DNA of 64,000 nt, from the sequence record NC_054924.1; one strand, given 5' to 3'. The notes under the pieces were generated by a model. That model had not been told where the DNA came from, ran no database searches, and saw nothing but the letters and a program-made list of their open reading frames with translations. Positions 40,934 through 51,102 of this stretch are shown piece after piece (position 1 is the first letter of the stretch; each line of letters opens with the position of its first letter). This DNA comes from Escherichia phage vB_EcoM_Lutter. A program made the translations under genes and the position numbers.

Positions 40934-41132
40934 AGCTAAACTGTTTGGCACCCTTCCAGCCTTCGTACATCATTGCAGCTGATATTAATATTGCTCCTGC
41001 GCATTTTGAATATTTGTGATTCCAAAACCAGTTCAGAAAAACTTCGTCATCAATACCCTGGGCTATCATATTTTCAAAGAACTGGCGACGAGCTTCAGCA
41101 ATTCGTTGCGATAATTTAGATTCAGGATTCAT
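40932..41132 (-). CDS. hypothetical protein
   Basis: 66-aa ORF. Confidence 0.4.
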   Translation of the reverse strand: MNPESKLSQRIAEARRQFFENMIAQGIDDEVFLNWFWNHKYSKCAGAILISAAMMYEGWKGAKQFS

Positions 41133-41264
41133 TTAAATTTTCCAATTACCATTTTCATCAATAAATTTAATCCAGTCATTTACTGACCACTTGGTCGTAT
41201 CGCCTTTTGGAGCAACATTTAAAGTATATAATCCCTGTTTAAAAAGCATGCGTTTGATATTCAT
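41133..41264 (-). CDS. hypothetical small protein
   Basis: Start placed at internal ATG 41264 with GAGGA SD to resolve overlap. Confidence 0.3.
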   Translation of the reverse strand: MNIKRMLFKQGLYTLNVAPKGDTTKWSVNDWIKFIDENGNWKI

Positions 41265-41271
41265 ATTTTCC

Positions 41272-41565
41272 TCAGCTGTAACGATAGCACTCGTTTGATT
41301 TACGCTTAGCAACTCGTTGAGAAGTATTGTAATCAAAATCATCGTCAATGTAAACTGATTTTTTCAACTTTCTTACTTCACCACGTAATTGACGATTTAA
41401 CTCATCTTTAACTTCTGAATCAATGCCTTTCATTCTACGCCATTTATCTGAGCGAAAAATGTTTTCAACCATATCTTTATGACTTACACCATCAGGAGCT
41501 TTACGCTTTCCGAAATAGTCATAATCACGTACTTTTAAATCTTTACGACGATACGTTTTACCCAT
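41272..41565 (-). CDS. hypothetical basic protein
   Basis: Start placed at internal ATG 41565 with AGGA SD. Confidence 0.4.
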   Translation of the reverse strand: MGKTYRRKDLKVRDYDYFGKRKAPDGVSHKDMVENIFRSDKWRRMKGIDSEVKDELNRQLRGEVRKLKKSVYIDDDFDYNTSQRVAKRKSNECYRYS

Positions 41566-41733
41566 GGAGTTTAATTTCCTTAGCAACTGAACTAAATACA
41601 GCACGATCGCAAATCATCTGTTTATTCCATTTAAGTACAGTATAATGAACATCTAGATCATCTACTGCTGTAACAATAACAATATGTCCGTTAACACGAT
41701 AATACTGATCCTTTTTAATCTCTTTATCAACCA
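41557..41733 (-). CDS. hypothetical small protein (58 aa)
   Basis: ORF below cutoff downstream of the early promoter at 41766..41805. Confidence 0.3.
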
Positions 41734-41765
41734 TATCAAATCCTCAAAGGCAATTCATATGTTAA

Positions 41766-41805
41766 TAATACCACAGTTTGAACTTCTTGTAAACAACTTT
41801 GTGAA
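41766..41805 (-). promoter_or_regulatory. T4-type early promoter
   Basis: GTTTAC and GTATTATTAAC -10-like element on minus strand. Confidence 0.45.
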
Positions 41806-41872
41806 ATTATTTTAGGGAACGATAAGAAGGGAACGATAGCTTAGAATGGTAATATACAGAATGCGAGAAAGA

Positions 41873-41889
41873 AAGGCCCAGAGGGCCCG
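41873..41889 (-). terminator. stem-loop terminator after nrdH
   Basis: GGCCC/GGGCC inverted repeat followed by a T-rich run in minus-strand sense. Confidence 0.4.
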
Positions 41890-41891
41890 TC

Positions 41892-42200
41892 TTAGTCTTC
41901 TATGATATCTCTATCATATCCAAGTGAAATGAGAGTTTCTTTGAAGTGTTTAATGTTCTTTTGTCTAGAATCATTGATGAAAATGACTGGATAACGAATG
42001 TTAAGAGATGTGAATCCAGCGCGTTTAGCAAGAGATACAATCAGTGGACGATCATACTCAATCTTACCATTATTTGTAAGAACTTTATAGAAAGTAAAAG
42101 GAGCATTGAGCTCCTTTAGAAGTTTTGTAACTGATTGACATCCAGGACAACGACCTACTTCATCTGGAATTCCATAGACTTCAATCTTGTTTTGTTTCAC
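41892..42200 (-). CDS. nrdH: glutaredoxin-like protein NrdH
   Basis: 102-aa ORF with CPGC redox motif. Confidence 0.75.
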   Translation of the reverse strand: MKQNKIEVYGIPDEVGRCPGCQSVTKLLKELNAPFTFYKVLTNNGKIEYDRPLIVSLAKRAGFTSLNIRYPVIFINDSRQKNIKHFKETLISLGYDRDIIED

Positions 42201-42202
42201 AA

Positions 42203-42415
42203 CTATTCCTTACTAAGAGCAGCATTCAGCTTGTTAGTAATTTTATCCAGACGCTCATTGAACTCACTAGAAGATAGTCCTTTTTCTGGAGAAATCAAAC
42301 TAATCACGAAAAATATAGCAATAAAAGGAATAAGGAAAATAGCTCCAACTGCCATAAACAGAAAGAATGTTACAGTTGTAAGAAAATCAGCTAAACCTTT
42401 ACGAAATTTATACAT
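42203..42415 (-). CDS. small membrane protein
   Basis: 70-aa ORF with two hydrophobic helices. Confidence 0.45.
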   Translation of the reverse strand: MYKFRKGLADFLTTVTFFLFMAVGAIFLIPFIAIFFVISLISPEKGLSSSEFNERLDKITNKLNAALSKE

Positions 42416-42530
42416 ATTTTACCCTTAATTGATTAACCAAGCATTGATAAGCACTAAACTATATTGGGAATAAAATTCTGGACCAAAATGAAAAATCATA
42501 TCATTTATAGTATCCATAATGTAATTCAAT

Positions 42531-43001
42531 TTAATCATGTTTCCACACCCCATCGGTATTTGACCAAAGCCGCTGATTATCTGATCCTCGCCACAGCTTT
42601 TTAGTCGGAAGATTTTTCTCATACTTCCCATCAATAATAACATCAACATATTTAAGCATTTCTAGCTGTTTAACATCTTCAAACTTATATCCTGTCCACA
42701 ACCAAATGCTTTTATTGGGATAAAGATTTTTTACTGTTTGAACAATGCAATGAATAACATCTCGGTTATCAGGATAGAGAGGGTCACCTCCAGTTATAGT
42801 CAATCCTTCTATATAATCATTATTCAAACATTCAATTAATTGCTCTAGTGTTTCACCAGTGAATGGAACGCCATTTCTAGCGTTCCATGTTGATTTATTA
42901 TAACACCCTTCACATTTATGCAAACAACCTGTAACGAAAAGAACGACCCTGCATCCAGGGCCATTCACAAAATCGCAAGGATAAAATCTATCATAATTCA
43001 T
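42531..43001 (-). CDS. nrdG: anaerobic ribonucleotide reductase activating protein (radical SAM)
   Basis: 156-aa ORF with CxxxCxxC cluster (CLHKCEGC). Confidence 0.9.
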   Translation of the reverse strand: MNYDRFYPCDFVNGPGCRVVLFVTGCLHKCEGCYNKSTWNARNGVPFTGETLEQLIECLNNDYIEGLTITGGDPLYPDNRDVIHCIVQTVKNLYPNKSIWLWTGYKFEDVKQLEMLKYVDVIIDGKYEKNLPTKKLWRGSDNQRLWSNTDGVWKHD

Positions 43002-44815
43002 TGGTGTTTAACCCTATGCATGATTTCTTTATTTTTGCCGAGATTAAATCCACGTTCGTTCGGATTTCCCAAATAACCACAAGTTCTTCTTATTGTGTTC
43101 ATCTTTTTAGGATCAGTTTCTCCACAAATAGAACAAACAAACCCGTTTTCAGTAGGAGTCATTTCATGGGTACTTCCGCATGTAAAACACTTATCTACTG
43201 GCATATTAACACCAAAATAATCTAAATGCTGTGCAGCATAATCCCACACGGCCTCAAGACCTTTTAGGTTATTTTTCATATCAGGAAGTTCAACATAAGA
43301 AATGTGACCACCTGTCGCAATGAAATGATATGGCGCTTCACGAGAAATCTTTTCAAACGGAGTAATATTTTCTTCTACTGAAACATGGAAACTATTAGTG
43401 TACCAGCCTTTATCAGTAACATCCTTTACACTTCCATATTTCTCAGTATCAAGTTTACAGAAGCGATAGCACAGGTTTTCAGCAGGAGTAGAATACAAGC
43501 TAAAAGCAAAACCAGTTCTTTCAGTCCACTGCTTAAGACGAGCATTCATTTTAGTTAAAATTTCTCGTCCAATATCACGACCGACAAGAATATTCAATTC
43601 GTGAATACCAATGTATCCTAGGGACACTGAACTTCTACCGTTTTTAAATAACTCAATTATGTCGTCATCAGGTTTAAGACGAACCCCGAATGCACCTTCT
43701 TGGTAAAGAATAGGAGCAACAGTAGCTTTAACTCCTTTTAAGGAACTAATTCTACACATCAAAGCTTCAAAACATAAATCCATTCGTTCATTAAATAGCT
43801 CAACAAATTTCTGTTCATTGAATTGTGTTCCAATATAAGAATCTAACGCGATGCGAGGAAGATTCAGTGTTACAACACCAAGATTATTACGTCCATCAAG
43901 AATTTCATTACCAGTCGAATCTTTCCATACGCTCAAGAAACTACGGCAACCCATTGGAGAAACAGGAACAGATGAACCGGTGATAGCTTTATTGTTCTTA
44001 GCTGAAATAATATCAGGATACATTCTTTTGCTTGCACACTCTAGAGCAAGCTGCTTAATATCATAGTTCGGATCGTCTTTGTAAAGATTAACGCCTTCTT
44101 CGACGAACATAACAAGCTTAGGAAAAATAGGAGTTATCCCATCACGACCGAGACCTTTAATGCGGTTTTTAAGAATTGCCTTCTGAATCATTCGTTCAGT
44201 CCAGTCAGTTCCCGTACCAAATGTAATTGTTACAAAAGGAGTCTGTCCGTTTGAACTAAAGAGAGTATTTACTTCATATTCATAAGCTTGGAATGCATCG
44301 TATACGTCTTTTTCTGTTTTAGATTGAGCATAATTCAACGCATCAGCGATTTGCCATTTTTCTGCATCCTCAATATGTTTTGCATAGGTGCGTTTAACAT
44401 AAGGAGAAAGTACTTTATCTACATTCGCAAAAGTCGTTCCGCCATATTGGTGAGAAGCAACCTGTGCAGTAATTTGTGCCATAATTGCAGTAGCAACGCC
44501 AATTGATTTAGGAGTTTCAATCTGTGCATTACCTAGCTTAAATCCATTCTCAAGCATCCCCTTTAAATCTACTAAACAACAATTAGTAAAGGGCAATGAT
44601 ATACTGTAATCTAAATCATGAAAATGAATTAATCCAACATTATGGGCATTTACAATATGACTTGGAAGAATACGACAAGCGATATGTTTAGAAACAATAC
44701 CGGCCATTAAATCTCTTTTTGTTGGAAAGACACGAGAATCTTTGTTGGCGTTTTCGGTATTTAATTCTTTATCTTTATTTGAAATAAAATTTAAAACATC
44801 TTTCTCTAAAGACAT
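42998..44815 (-). CDS. nrdD: anaerobic ribonucleoside-triphosphate reductase, intronless
   Basis: 605-aa continuous ORF with C-terminal glycyl radical motif (RRTCGYLG) and zinc ribbon. Confidence 0.9.
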   Translation of the reverse strand: MSLEKDVLNFISNKDKELNTENANKDSRVFPTKRDLMAGIVSKHIACRILPSHIVNAHNVGLIHFHDLDYSISLPFTNCCLVDLKGMLENGFKLGNAQIETPKSIGVATAIMAQITAQVASHQYGGTTFANVDKVLSPYVKRTYAKHIEDAEKWQIADALNYAQSKTEKDVYDAFQAYEYEVNTLFSSNGQTPFVTITFGTGTDWTERMIQKAILKNRIKGLGRDGITPIFPKLVMFVEEGVNLYKDDPNYDIKQLALECASKRMYPDIISAKNNKAITGSSVPVSPMGCRSFLSVWKDSTGNEILDGRNNLGVVTLNLPRIALDSYIGTQFNEQKFVELFNERMDLCFEALMCRISSLKGVKATVAPILYQEGAFGVRLKPDDDIIELFKNGRSSVSLGYIGIHELNILVGRDIGREILTKMNARLKQWTERTGFAFSLYSTPAENLCYRFCKLDTEKYGSVKDVTDKGWYTNSFHVSVEENITPFEKISREAPYHFIATGGHISYVELPDMKNNLKGLEAVWDYAAQHLDYFGVNMPVDKCFTCGSTHEMTPTENGFVCSICGETDPKKMNTIRRTCGYLGNPNERGFNLGKNKEIMHRVKHQ

Positions 44816-45627
44816 AATTCTAATTTATCCTTTTGAAATTCTTCGTCTAAATATGGGTTCCAACCCATTTTAAACCTTTTGATGAAATTATCAATTCTAA
44901 ATTTCGGTAAGTTTAAATCCGCAAAAATAGATGATTTACTTTTAAAATCTGGACCTAAATAATCATATAAAATTTCTGCGTATTTTAACCATAATATACA
45001 AGTACCAGATTTAATTGCGTTCGGATGTTTCCAAGGTTTTACACCATACATCGGATTTCCACTTCCTTTATGCCTGATAGAAGATGAAATTCCAATTTTA
45101 ATTTTAGCTTCCTTTGTATGCGAAAATCCACGATGCGGATTTTCTTTCCAGTATTTTTTAGAAGCTTCTGATATTTTCTTTCTGGCTAAATTAGTATGAT
45201 GCTTTCCATAAAATCCATGATTTTTGCCTTTATTACGATTTCTTTTAATCATGGTTATTGATTGCTTTTCTCTAGTTTCTTTAGAAGGAGAAACACCGTA
45301 CGTTGTAAATTGACCATCAGCATATGCTAAATTAAAATACTCTTTATTCCATACATCTTTTTCTATATTCTTTTGAAATTCAGCTTCAATGCTAGTTATT
45401 TGTTCATCTCCGACTAATTGAAAATATAATATTTCAACTTTCGGCGTTTCTTTCAATAAGGCTTTTTGAAATTCGGAAGATGACGAAGACGAATAATAAA
45501 ATTTACCATTTTTATCAATAATATTCGTTCCATCAAAAGTGCAATTGGTTTTACTTCCAATGTAATAATATGGTGGGGTTTTAGCATTAATTCTATTAAT
45601 AAATGATAGTTTATATACTACGTTCAT
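44806..45627 (-). mobile_element. GIY-YIG (Seg-like) homing endonuclease gene
   Basis: 273-aa ORF with GIY-YIG-like N-terminus (VYKLSF...YYIGSKT) and NUMOD3-like repeats (GKNHGFYG, SGNPMYG); between nrdD and 49. Confidence 0.6.
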
Positions 45628-46097
45628 TTTAAACTCTTTCTAAGCTGCTTCTTAAATGAAGCTATTAACTGTGTTTTGGTGTCAGATTCATTATATTCAA
45701 ATCCTCTTTGAAGCATCTCGGCCATCATTTCCTCTTTTCCTAAACGAGAAAATTCCTTTGATTTATCTCCAACAAAGTTAGGGTGAATATTATTTTGGGT
45801 GTAATCGGATTTTAAATAAGTAAGTAAATTTTCTAACCATTCAAGATAATCAACACCTTGTCCCTTTAAGCCAGAACGATTAAATTTATGTTTCATTTGA
45901 CCTTCTGCGGCATTGCAGAGATTACAAAGCAATCCACGTACCTTTCCTGCTTTTGGTCCATTTAATTCATGGTCATGGTCGAGGTGATTAGCTTGAACAT
46001 CAGGATTTAGTTCTCGTTGGCAAATTAAGCATTTACCGTTTTGTGCATCATAAAATTTCTGTTTTTCTTCTTTATATAATTTGCCAGTCAATAACAT
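45624..46097 (-). CDS. 49: endonuclease VII (Holliday junction resolvase)
   Basis: 157-aa ORF with zinc-binding and H-N-H-like core (CLICQRE...HLDHDHE...CNLCN). Confidence 0.9.
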   Translation of the reverse strand: MLLTGKLYKEEKQKFYDAQNGKCLICQRELNPDVQANHLDHDHELNGPKAGKVRGLLCNLCNAAEGQMKHKFNRSGLKGQGVDYLEWLENLLTYLKSDYTQNNIHPNFVGDKSKEFSRLGKEEMMAEMLQRGFEYNESDTKTQLIASFKKQLRKSLK

Positions 46098-46138
46098 AAT
46101 AAACCCTTACCTTAAATAGATAAGGGTATTTATTATTT

Positions 46139-46642
46139 TCAAGTATTGTAAAACATTTGATTCAATCGCTTATATTGCCGAATCTTTTGGTCAGAAAAAG
46201 AAATTTGGGTTTCAAGCCATTCAATATATTCTGCCGCAGCTTGCATCAGGTTACCTTCATAGCCATCGTTATTTTCTTGTGCAGCTAATTTAGCTAATGC
46301 GTATGAAATACGTTCACCTTGAAAATCGGCTTTAGGCTTCTGAACAACTTGATTAGTTCGCTCTACAACTTCTTCAATTTCGCCATTTTCTACTGATTCA
46401 GTATTCCACAAGCACCAATACGTAATTGGCTTATCATAGATGTTAATAATCTTTCCGTCGGAAAGTTCAATTTCAATAATTCCAGTATCAGGCTCTATAT
46501 CATCTTCACATTCTTTTGCAAGTTCACGAACTTTAAAGACAGTACCTGCACTAAGTTCCGGCCAGTAATTACACAGCCCTGTATCAGCACGATTAATTCT
46601 AAACCACTTATCTACTGTAATCATGTCCCATCTCCATATCAA
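46139..46642 (-). CDS. hypothetical protein (pin position)
   Basis: 167-aa ORF between 49 and nrdC; name from synteny only. Confidence 0.4.
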   Translation of the reverse strand: MIWRWDMITVDKWFRINRADTGLCNYWPELSAGTVFKVRELAKECEDDIEPDTGIIEIELSDGKIINIYDKPITYWCLWNTESVENGEIEEVVERTNQVVQKPKADFQGERISYALAKLAAQENNDGYEGNLMQAAAEYIEWLETQISFSDQKIRQYKRLNQMFYNT

Positions 46643-46663
46643 TTAAGTCATTTATCGTTGGTT

Positions 46664-46696
46664 CATTATATACTGTTTCTTCATCAGTGTAAACCG
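46664..46696 (-). promoter_or_regulatory. T4-type early promoter
   Basis: GTTTAC, 16 nt, TATATAAT in a 104-bp interval with no startable ORF. Confidence 0.5.
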
Positions 46697-46746
46697 GTTC
46701 TTCCGGCTCTGGCTCTACAGTTTCCCATCTAACCGCCCACCAAGGT

Positions 46747-46956
46747 TTAACCCCGAAGCTTATTAAGTTCTTCATAATCAATCCAGGATTCTAGTCCTGA
46801 TGGCAAATCAGATTCAATTTCCCAAAGAAGCTCTTCAATTTTCTGAAGACGATCTAGTTCTTCGGCTGGAATAGTAACCATTGACGGAGTTCTTGATACA
46901 CTAATATCGTAAATCATATTTACCCCAGTTTGACCATACAATCGCCATATTTCCAT
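46747..46956 (-). CDS. hypothetical protein
   Basis: 69-aa ORF. Confidence 0.4.
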   Translation of the reverse strand: MEIWRLYGQTGVNMIYDISVSRTPSMVTIPAEELDRLQKIEELLWEIESDLPSGLESWIDYEELNKLRG

Positions 46957-47135
46957 TTAGAAATAGACTTTTCACCGTTAGAATAATAAACTTCGAGTTT
47001 AGCACGGTTATTTTTAATTTGAATAACTTTGGCTGTCATCAAAGTTCCATACCCGTAATAAACTGCAACCTCATCACCTACATATACCGCGCTTCCGCGG
47101 TAGTCATGGATATAATCAGTTCCTTCGAGAATCAT
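46920..47135 (-). CDS. hypothetical protein
   Basis: 71-aa ORF. Confidence 0.4.
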   Translation of the reverse strand: MILEGTDYIHDYRGSAVYVGDEVAVYYGYGTLMTAKVIQIKNNRAKLEVYYSNGEKSISKWKYGDCMVKLG

Positions 47136-47395
47136 TTAAAGTATTCCCGCAATTTGTCAAATCCACCAATATAACTTCCATCAGGAGCAAATACCTGGGG
47201 CATTGTCAAGCCGATTTGAGTATCACGACCTAGTTTAGTCAGAAGCTCAGCGATTTTCTCATCATCAAAAACACCTTTTTCCGGCATAATGTTGATAAAT
47301 TCAAACGGTTGTTTCTTCACTGTCAAAAGACGTTTTGCATTATCGCAATACACACATTTGTGGATGTTGCTATCATAACCATATACTTTAAACAT
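47132..47395 (-). CDS. nrdC: thioredoxin/glutaredoxin NrdC
   Basis: 87-aa ORF with CVYC active site. Confidence 0.85.
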   Translation of the reverse strand: MFKVYGYDSNIHKCVYCDNAKRLLTVKKQPFEFINIMPEKGVFDDEKIAELLTKLGRDTQIGLTMPQVFAPDGSYIGGFDKLREYFK

Positions 47396-47396
47396 A

Positions 47397-47639
47397 TTAT
47401 TCCTTAATTCCTAGTACTTGTTTAAAAGTCTCGTCGTAATCAAGACTTTGGCCCGTTTGTTCTTTATGTTTGTATATAATATCACTTACTTCTGATAGCA
47501 TATTTTTATATGAACGAGTTAAAGCAGATTTAAGCACGCTGTATCTATCAGGAAATTTACCGTGTTCATTATAATAAGCTATTGCTAATTCACGGACTGC
47601 CTTTTCAGCAGTCTCCATATATTCTTTACGCTTGGTCAT
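47397..47639 (-). CDS. hypothetical protein (nrdC.1 position)
   Basis: 80-aa ORF. Confidence 0.45.
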
Positions 47640-47641
47640 TT

Positions 47642-48031
47642 TTAATCCAAAATATTATTAGGCATTGGTTGAACACTCGCAAGTTCTTTAAAGAACTCAG
47701 TAGAGTCAGGTAATTTAACCATTTCCGGAGCATGCTTACTAAATTTATGTTTGCAATGACGGCATTTATATTCAAGTTCCGGTTTACGCCAGTTAATCAA
47801 TTGAACTTGTTCAGTACCGCATTCAGGACAATTAGGAACGTTTTTAGAAGCCCTTTCGCGACGTTTAACCATAACCATAATAGCATCCCAGGCTGGAGGT
47901 TTAAAATCTAAATCATCACAACCATGAATCTTTCCGCGCATTTCCAGATCGTCTTCTTCACCAGCCATAATAATTTTAATTAGACTGGAATTACTTGAAG
48001 CTGCAATATCTTCTAATAGACGCTTTTTCAT
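47642..48031 (-). CDS. zinc-ribbon protein (nrdC.2 position)
   Basis: 129-aa ORF with CPECG...CRHCKHKF. Confidence 0.45.
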
Positions 48032-48957
48032 TTCAATACCTCAATAGCATTACGTAAACCATTTGCTTTTGCATTAAGAGCTTTTAACAATTTAGTGTGT
48101 TCGGCAATCTGAGCTTCAACTTCAACTAGTCGAGATTTGAGGTATTCACGTTCTTCGCTCAAGTTATCAATCTTTTCTACTTTAGGCTCTTTTACAACTG
48201 TCTTATATGTATTAGGGTTCTTCAGTTTAATTAAAATGCGTGAACTGTATAACATTGAACCATTATCTTCGGTTTCGTCATACATTTCTACTACGTCCAT
48301 GATTTTTAACATCATGCGGAGTTTATAAGATAACGAACGAATAGTTTTGTTGTGCTTATTAATTTCTCTAGAGTTCATGGTGCCGAGATTACGTGAGTAA
48401 TAATAAGGAACCTGGATATTAATTAATACTGATGAACCACCTGGCTTGTGTGTTACTTCATCAGCAATAACCCAATCCTTAACATGAACTGTATTTGTAC
48501 GGTCATCGCCCGCGGTAAATAGTTTGCGAGCATGCTTAAAAAGCATATTCACTTGGTCATTGAATTGACAAGCAAATTTATCAGCAAATTTAGTTTCAGG
48601 AATGGTAGATAACCAATCAGCCAAATGGGTCTTTTTAACATCGTTAACAATAGTAAATTCAACCAAATCAGTTATAGATGTCTCAGATTTAATAAAGCTC
48701 GGCTTCATAAAGTTTTTAATGTTATCGCGAGCTACAGTAGAAGATAACATACGAGAACGTTTAAACCATTGAAGCAAATTGCCCAACGAATGAGAATAAG
48801 CGTTTTGAGTATCTTTACAGATATGATTTTCCTGGCCAACATATTGAAGGAAATCACGAAGAATATTATTGATTACTGCTCTGTGTCCGATCTGATAATT
48901 ACGGTGTTTAGTAATAAGACTGTCAAAATAATCAATATAATGTTTACGAGTTTTCAT
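48028..48957 (-). CDS. hypothetical protein with C-terminal coiled coil
   Basis: 309-aa ORF. Confidence 0.5.
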   Translation of the reverse strand: MKTRKHYIDYFDSLITKHRNYQIGHRAVINNILRDFLQYVGQENHICKDTQNAYSHSLGNLLQWFKRSRMLSSTVARDNIKNFMKPSFIKSETSITDLVEFTIVNDVKKTHLADWLSTIPETKFADKFACQFNDQVNMLFKHARKLFTAGDDRTNTVHVKDWVIADEVTHKPGGSSVLINIQVPYYYSRNLGTMNSREINKHNKTIRSLSYKLRMMLKIMDVVEMYDETEDNGSMLYSSRILIKLKNPNTYKTVVKEPKVEKIDNLSEEREYLKSRLVEVEAQIAEHTKLLKALNAKANGLRNAIEVLK

Positions 48958-49009
48958 GTTCTTCTCACTTGGTTAATGATTTATACTCCGAGCCATCCTT
49001 GGCTTTAAA

Positions 49010-50011
49010 TTACTTAATTAACTGTAAAGCTTGTTCCAGACGATCAAGACGATTAACAGATTCTTCCCAAATCCTTTTAGCCTGCTCATATTCTTTCTGC
49101 GCTTTATTAGAAATTTCTAGAACTTCTTTATAAGCTTTTTCTAGTGCAATAACTTCTGGACGAATTTCTACCGGTTCAGGTGAATCGTCAAGACATTCCA
49201 TTAGTTCCTCAAGGGTAGTTTCTTCTTTAGGAGTATTCACAATTTCATCACATTTTTGTTGGTAAATTTCTTTATCAGTAGGTGAATAAGCACATTTCAC
49301 TTCACGAAGACTAATTACAATTTTATATCCTTCCCAACCGCATATATTCTTAAAAGGATAAGTATGAATATTTTCTACTGTTTCCATACAAAGTAATGCG
49401 GTCTCTAATTGACGAGTTATAGTGCTAGCAATTGAGAAAAATTTATTAATATTCTTTTGGTTAGTTTCTGGTGTAAAAAATCCATAATTCACAAAAATAG
49501 ATACTTTATTTTTATCAAGTTCATATTCTTTTACGATAATCATATCAGAAGCCAAAGGATGAATTTGACGATAATCGCCATAACATAATTTAGAAGCTGA
49601 TTTTAGAATCTGTCCTTTGAAAAGTCTGAAATTACTAATCCAACGACGAGTAAAAATATTCTCAGGGTCTTCTTTATTATTAAGATGATAAGAATTAACA
49701 TCACCGAACCAATTATATCCTACTACATCTTTAGTTCGTTTAATTTCTTTCCCAAAATTACCAAGAATATCCCGATTAACCAAATATGAAAGAAGACGAG
49801 ACTCTTTAAAGGTTTTCTTGATAACATCTTTATCTACACGACTAGAAATTTTACGAATTTCATGAATAAATTTAGTAGAAGAAACAATACTTGCATCAAC
49901 ACTATTGAGCCATTGATTGATAATAGAAAGAACGATATTTTGACCAAACATCGGTATAGCTTTATCATCAATAACGCTATTGAATGATTTGATATATTCG
50001 TTACGAGTCAT
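49010..50011 (-). CDS. hypothetical protein with C-terminal coiled coil
   Basis: Start placed at ATG 50011 (MTRNEYIKSF) with GAGGAG SD; the longer ORF overlaps the promoter. Confidence 0.5.
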   Translation of the reverse strand: MTRNEYIKSFNSVIDDKAIPMFGQNIVLSIINQWLNSVDASIVSSTKFIHEIRKISSRVDKDVIKKTFKESRLLSYLVNRDILGNFGKEIKRTKDVVGYNWFGDVNSYHLNNKEDPENIFTRRWISNFRLFKGQILKSASKLCYGDYRQIHPLASDMIIVKEYELDKNKVSIFVNYGFFTPETNQKNINKFFSIASTITRQLETALLCMETVENIHTYPFKNICGWEGYKIVISLREVKCAYSPTDKEIYQQKCDEIVNTPKEETTLEELMECLDDSPEPVEIRPEVIALEKAYKEVLEISNKAQKEYEQAKRIWEESVNRLDRLEQALQLIK

Positions 50012-50039
50012 ATTAATCTCCTCAGTAGAAAGTAAGAGC

Positions 50040-50070
50040 ATTATACCACATCCTTGTGGCAAAGTAAACT
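50040..50070 (-). promoter_or_regulatory. T4-type early promoter
   Basis: GTTTAC, 17 nt, GTATAAT; 30 bp identical to the promoter at 2427..2458. Confidence 0.55.
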
Positions 50071-51094
50071 AGTTCAGTGCATTTAGTGCATTGTTCAGTT
50101 TAGAACGTTGCTTTGTCAGATTTTGAACCCTTGACTGAGCTTGTTTTAACACCTTTTCAGCTTCTAGCACTTCATTAGTTGCTTTAACGAGTTCATCATC
50201 TACTGCCTTAAGAGACTTCTCAATCGCATCCGCGTGCCATTTTTCAACAGGTTTAAGACTCGGATTTTCAACAGGAAGAAAATTCACTTTATTGAATTTC
50301 CATGCATCTTTATTACCTGAACTATACATCCAAAATTTAGGATCGTTTGATAAGTAATTGGATAAATTTAAATTTAAGTTATCTTGTACTTCCTGCTTTT
50401 TCTCTTGCGGGACTTCGTCCTTTCTCAAAAATTCATATTTAAATGAAACGATCATATCAAGTTCATATGATGTTGTATCTAACTTAAATCGTTCAAAACG
50501 AGGTAAAATCTTAGATTGAACAGCAGCAACAACATCCATATACTTAAATGCTTCTGTCAACTGTGATTTAAGGCATTCACAAATTGAAAGAGAATTTTTT
50601 GTATTAGGTTTAAAGCTAATTCGTGCAGTTCTATTATTTTCTTTTAACGGTCTTACTTCCATCTGAAGAGTATAACCATCAAATTTCAGGTTCTTTAAGT
50701 TAATATCAGAACCTTTTAATCGACTAGCAGTAGACAAAATTTGCTTTAATTGTTTACGGAATAGAGCAATAAATCTCCATTCAAGACGATAATGATTTGG
50801 ATTGAAAAATCCAGATGATAAATCAACCTTACTTTGACCAACGCCTTGAACAAATAGAGGATTTTTATAATCAATAGTTTTACAGAAATCGGTGAGCTGC
50901 TCACGAGCAGTCATTTGTGTAATATACCCAGCTTTACTAAAATGACGTAACCATTCACTGCTATTCATATACTTAAAGTGAATATCACGATTAACTTTAT
51001 CAGGGTCTAAATTATTTTGGCACAAAAATGTCATAACATCACGAGTATAGCTGGCATTACGAACCATATCTTCAATTTGAGAACGAGTTTTCAT
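50069..51094 (-). CDS. hypothetical protein with C-terminal coiled coil
   Basis: 341-aa ORF. Confidence 0.5.
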   Translation of the reverse strand: MKTRSQIEDMVRNASYTRDVMTFLCQNNLDPDKVNRDIHFKYMNSSEWLRHFSKAGYITQMTAREQLTDFCKTIDYKNPLFVQGVGQSKVDLSSGFFNPNHYRLEWRFIALFRKQLKQILSTASRLKGSDINLKNLKFDGYTLQMEVRPLKENNRTARISFKPNTKNSLSICECLKSQLTEAFKYMDVVAAVQSKILPRFERFKLDTTSYELDMIVSFKYEFLRKDEVPQEKKQEVQDNLNLNLSNYLSNDPKFWMYSSGNKDAWKFNKVNFLPVENPSLKPVEKWHADAIEKSLKAVDDELVKATNEVLEAEKVLKQAQSRVQNLTKQRSKLNNALNALN

Positions 51095-51102
51095 GGTGTT
51101 CC

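Noticed and set aside
42998-44815. Looked for a group I intron and an intron-encoded endonuclease inside nrdD
   Set aside because: The reading frame is continuous over the full 605 codons; no intron is present
46643-46746. Open frame without a start codon between the pin-position gene and the upstream gene, considered as a possible frameshift extension
   Set aside because: The interval contains a good early promoter and is more simply explained as an intergenic regulatory region
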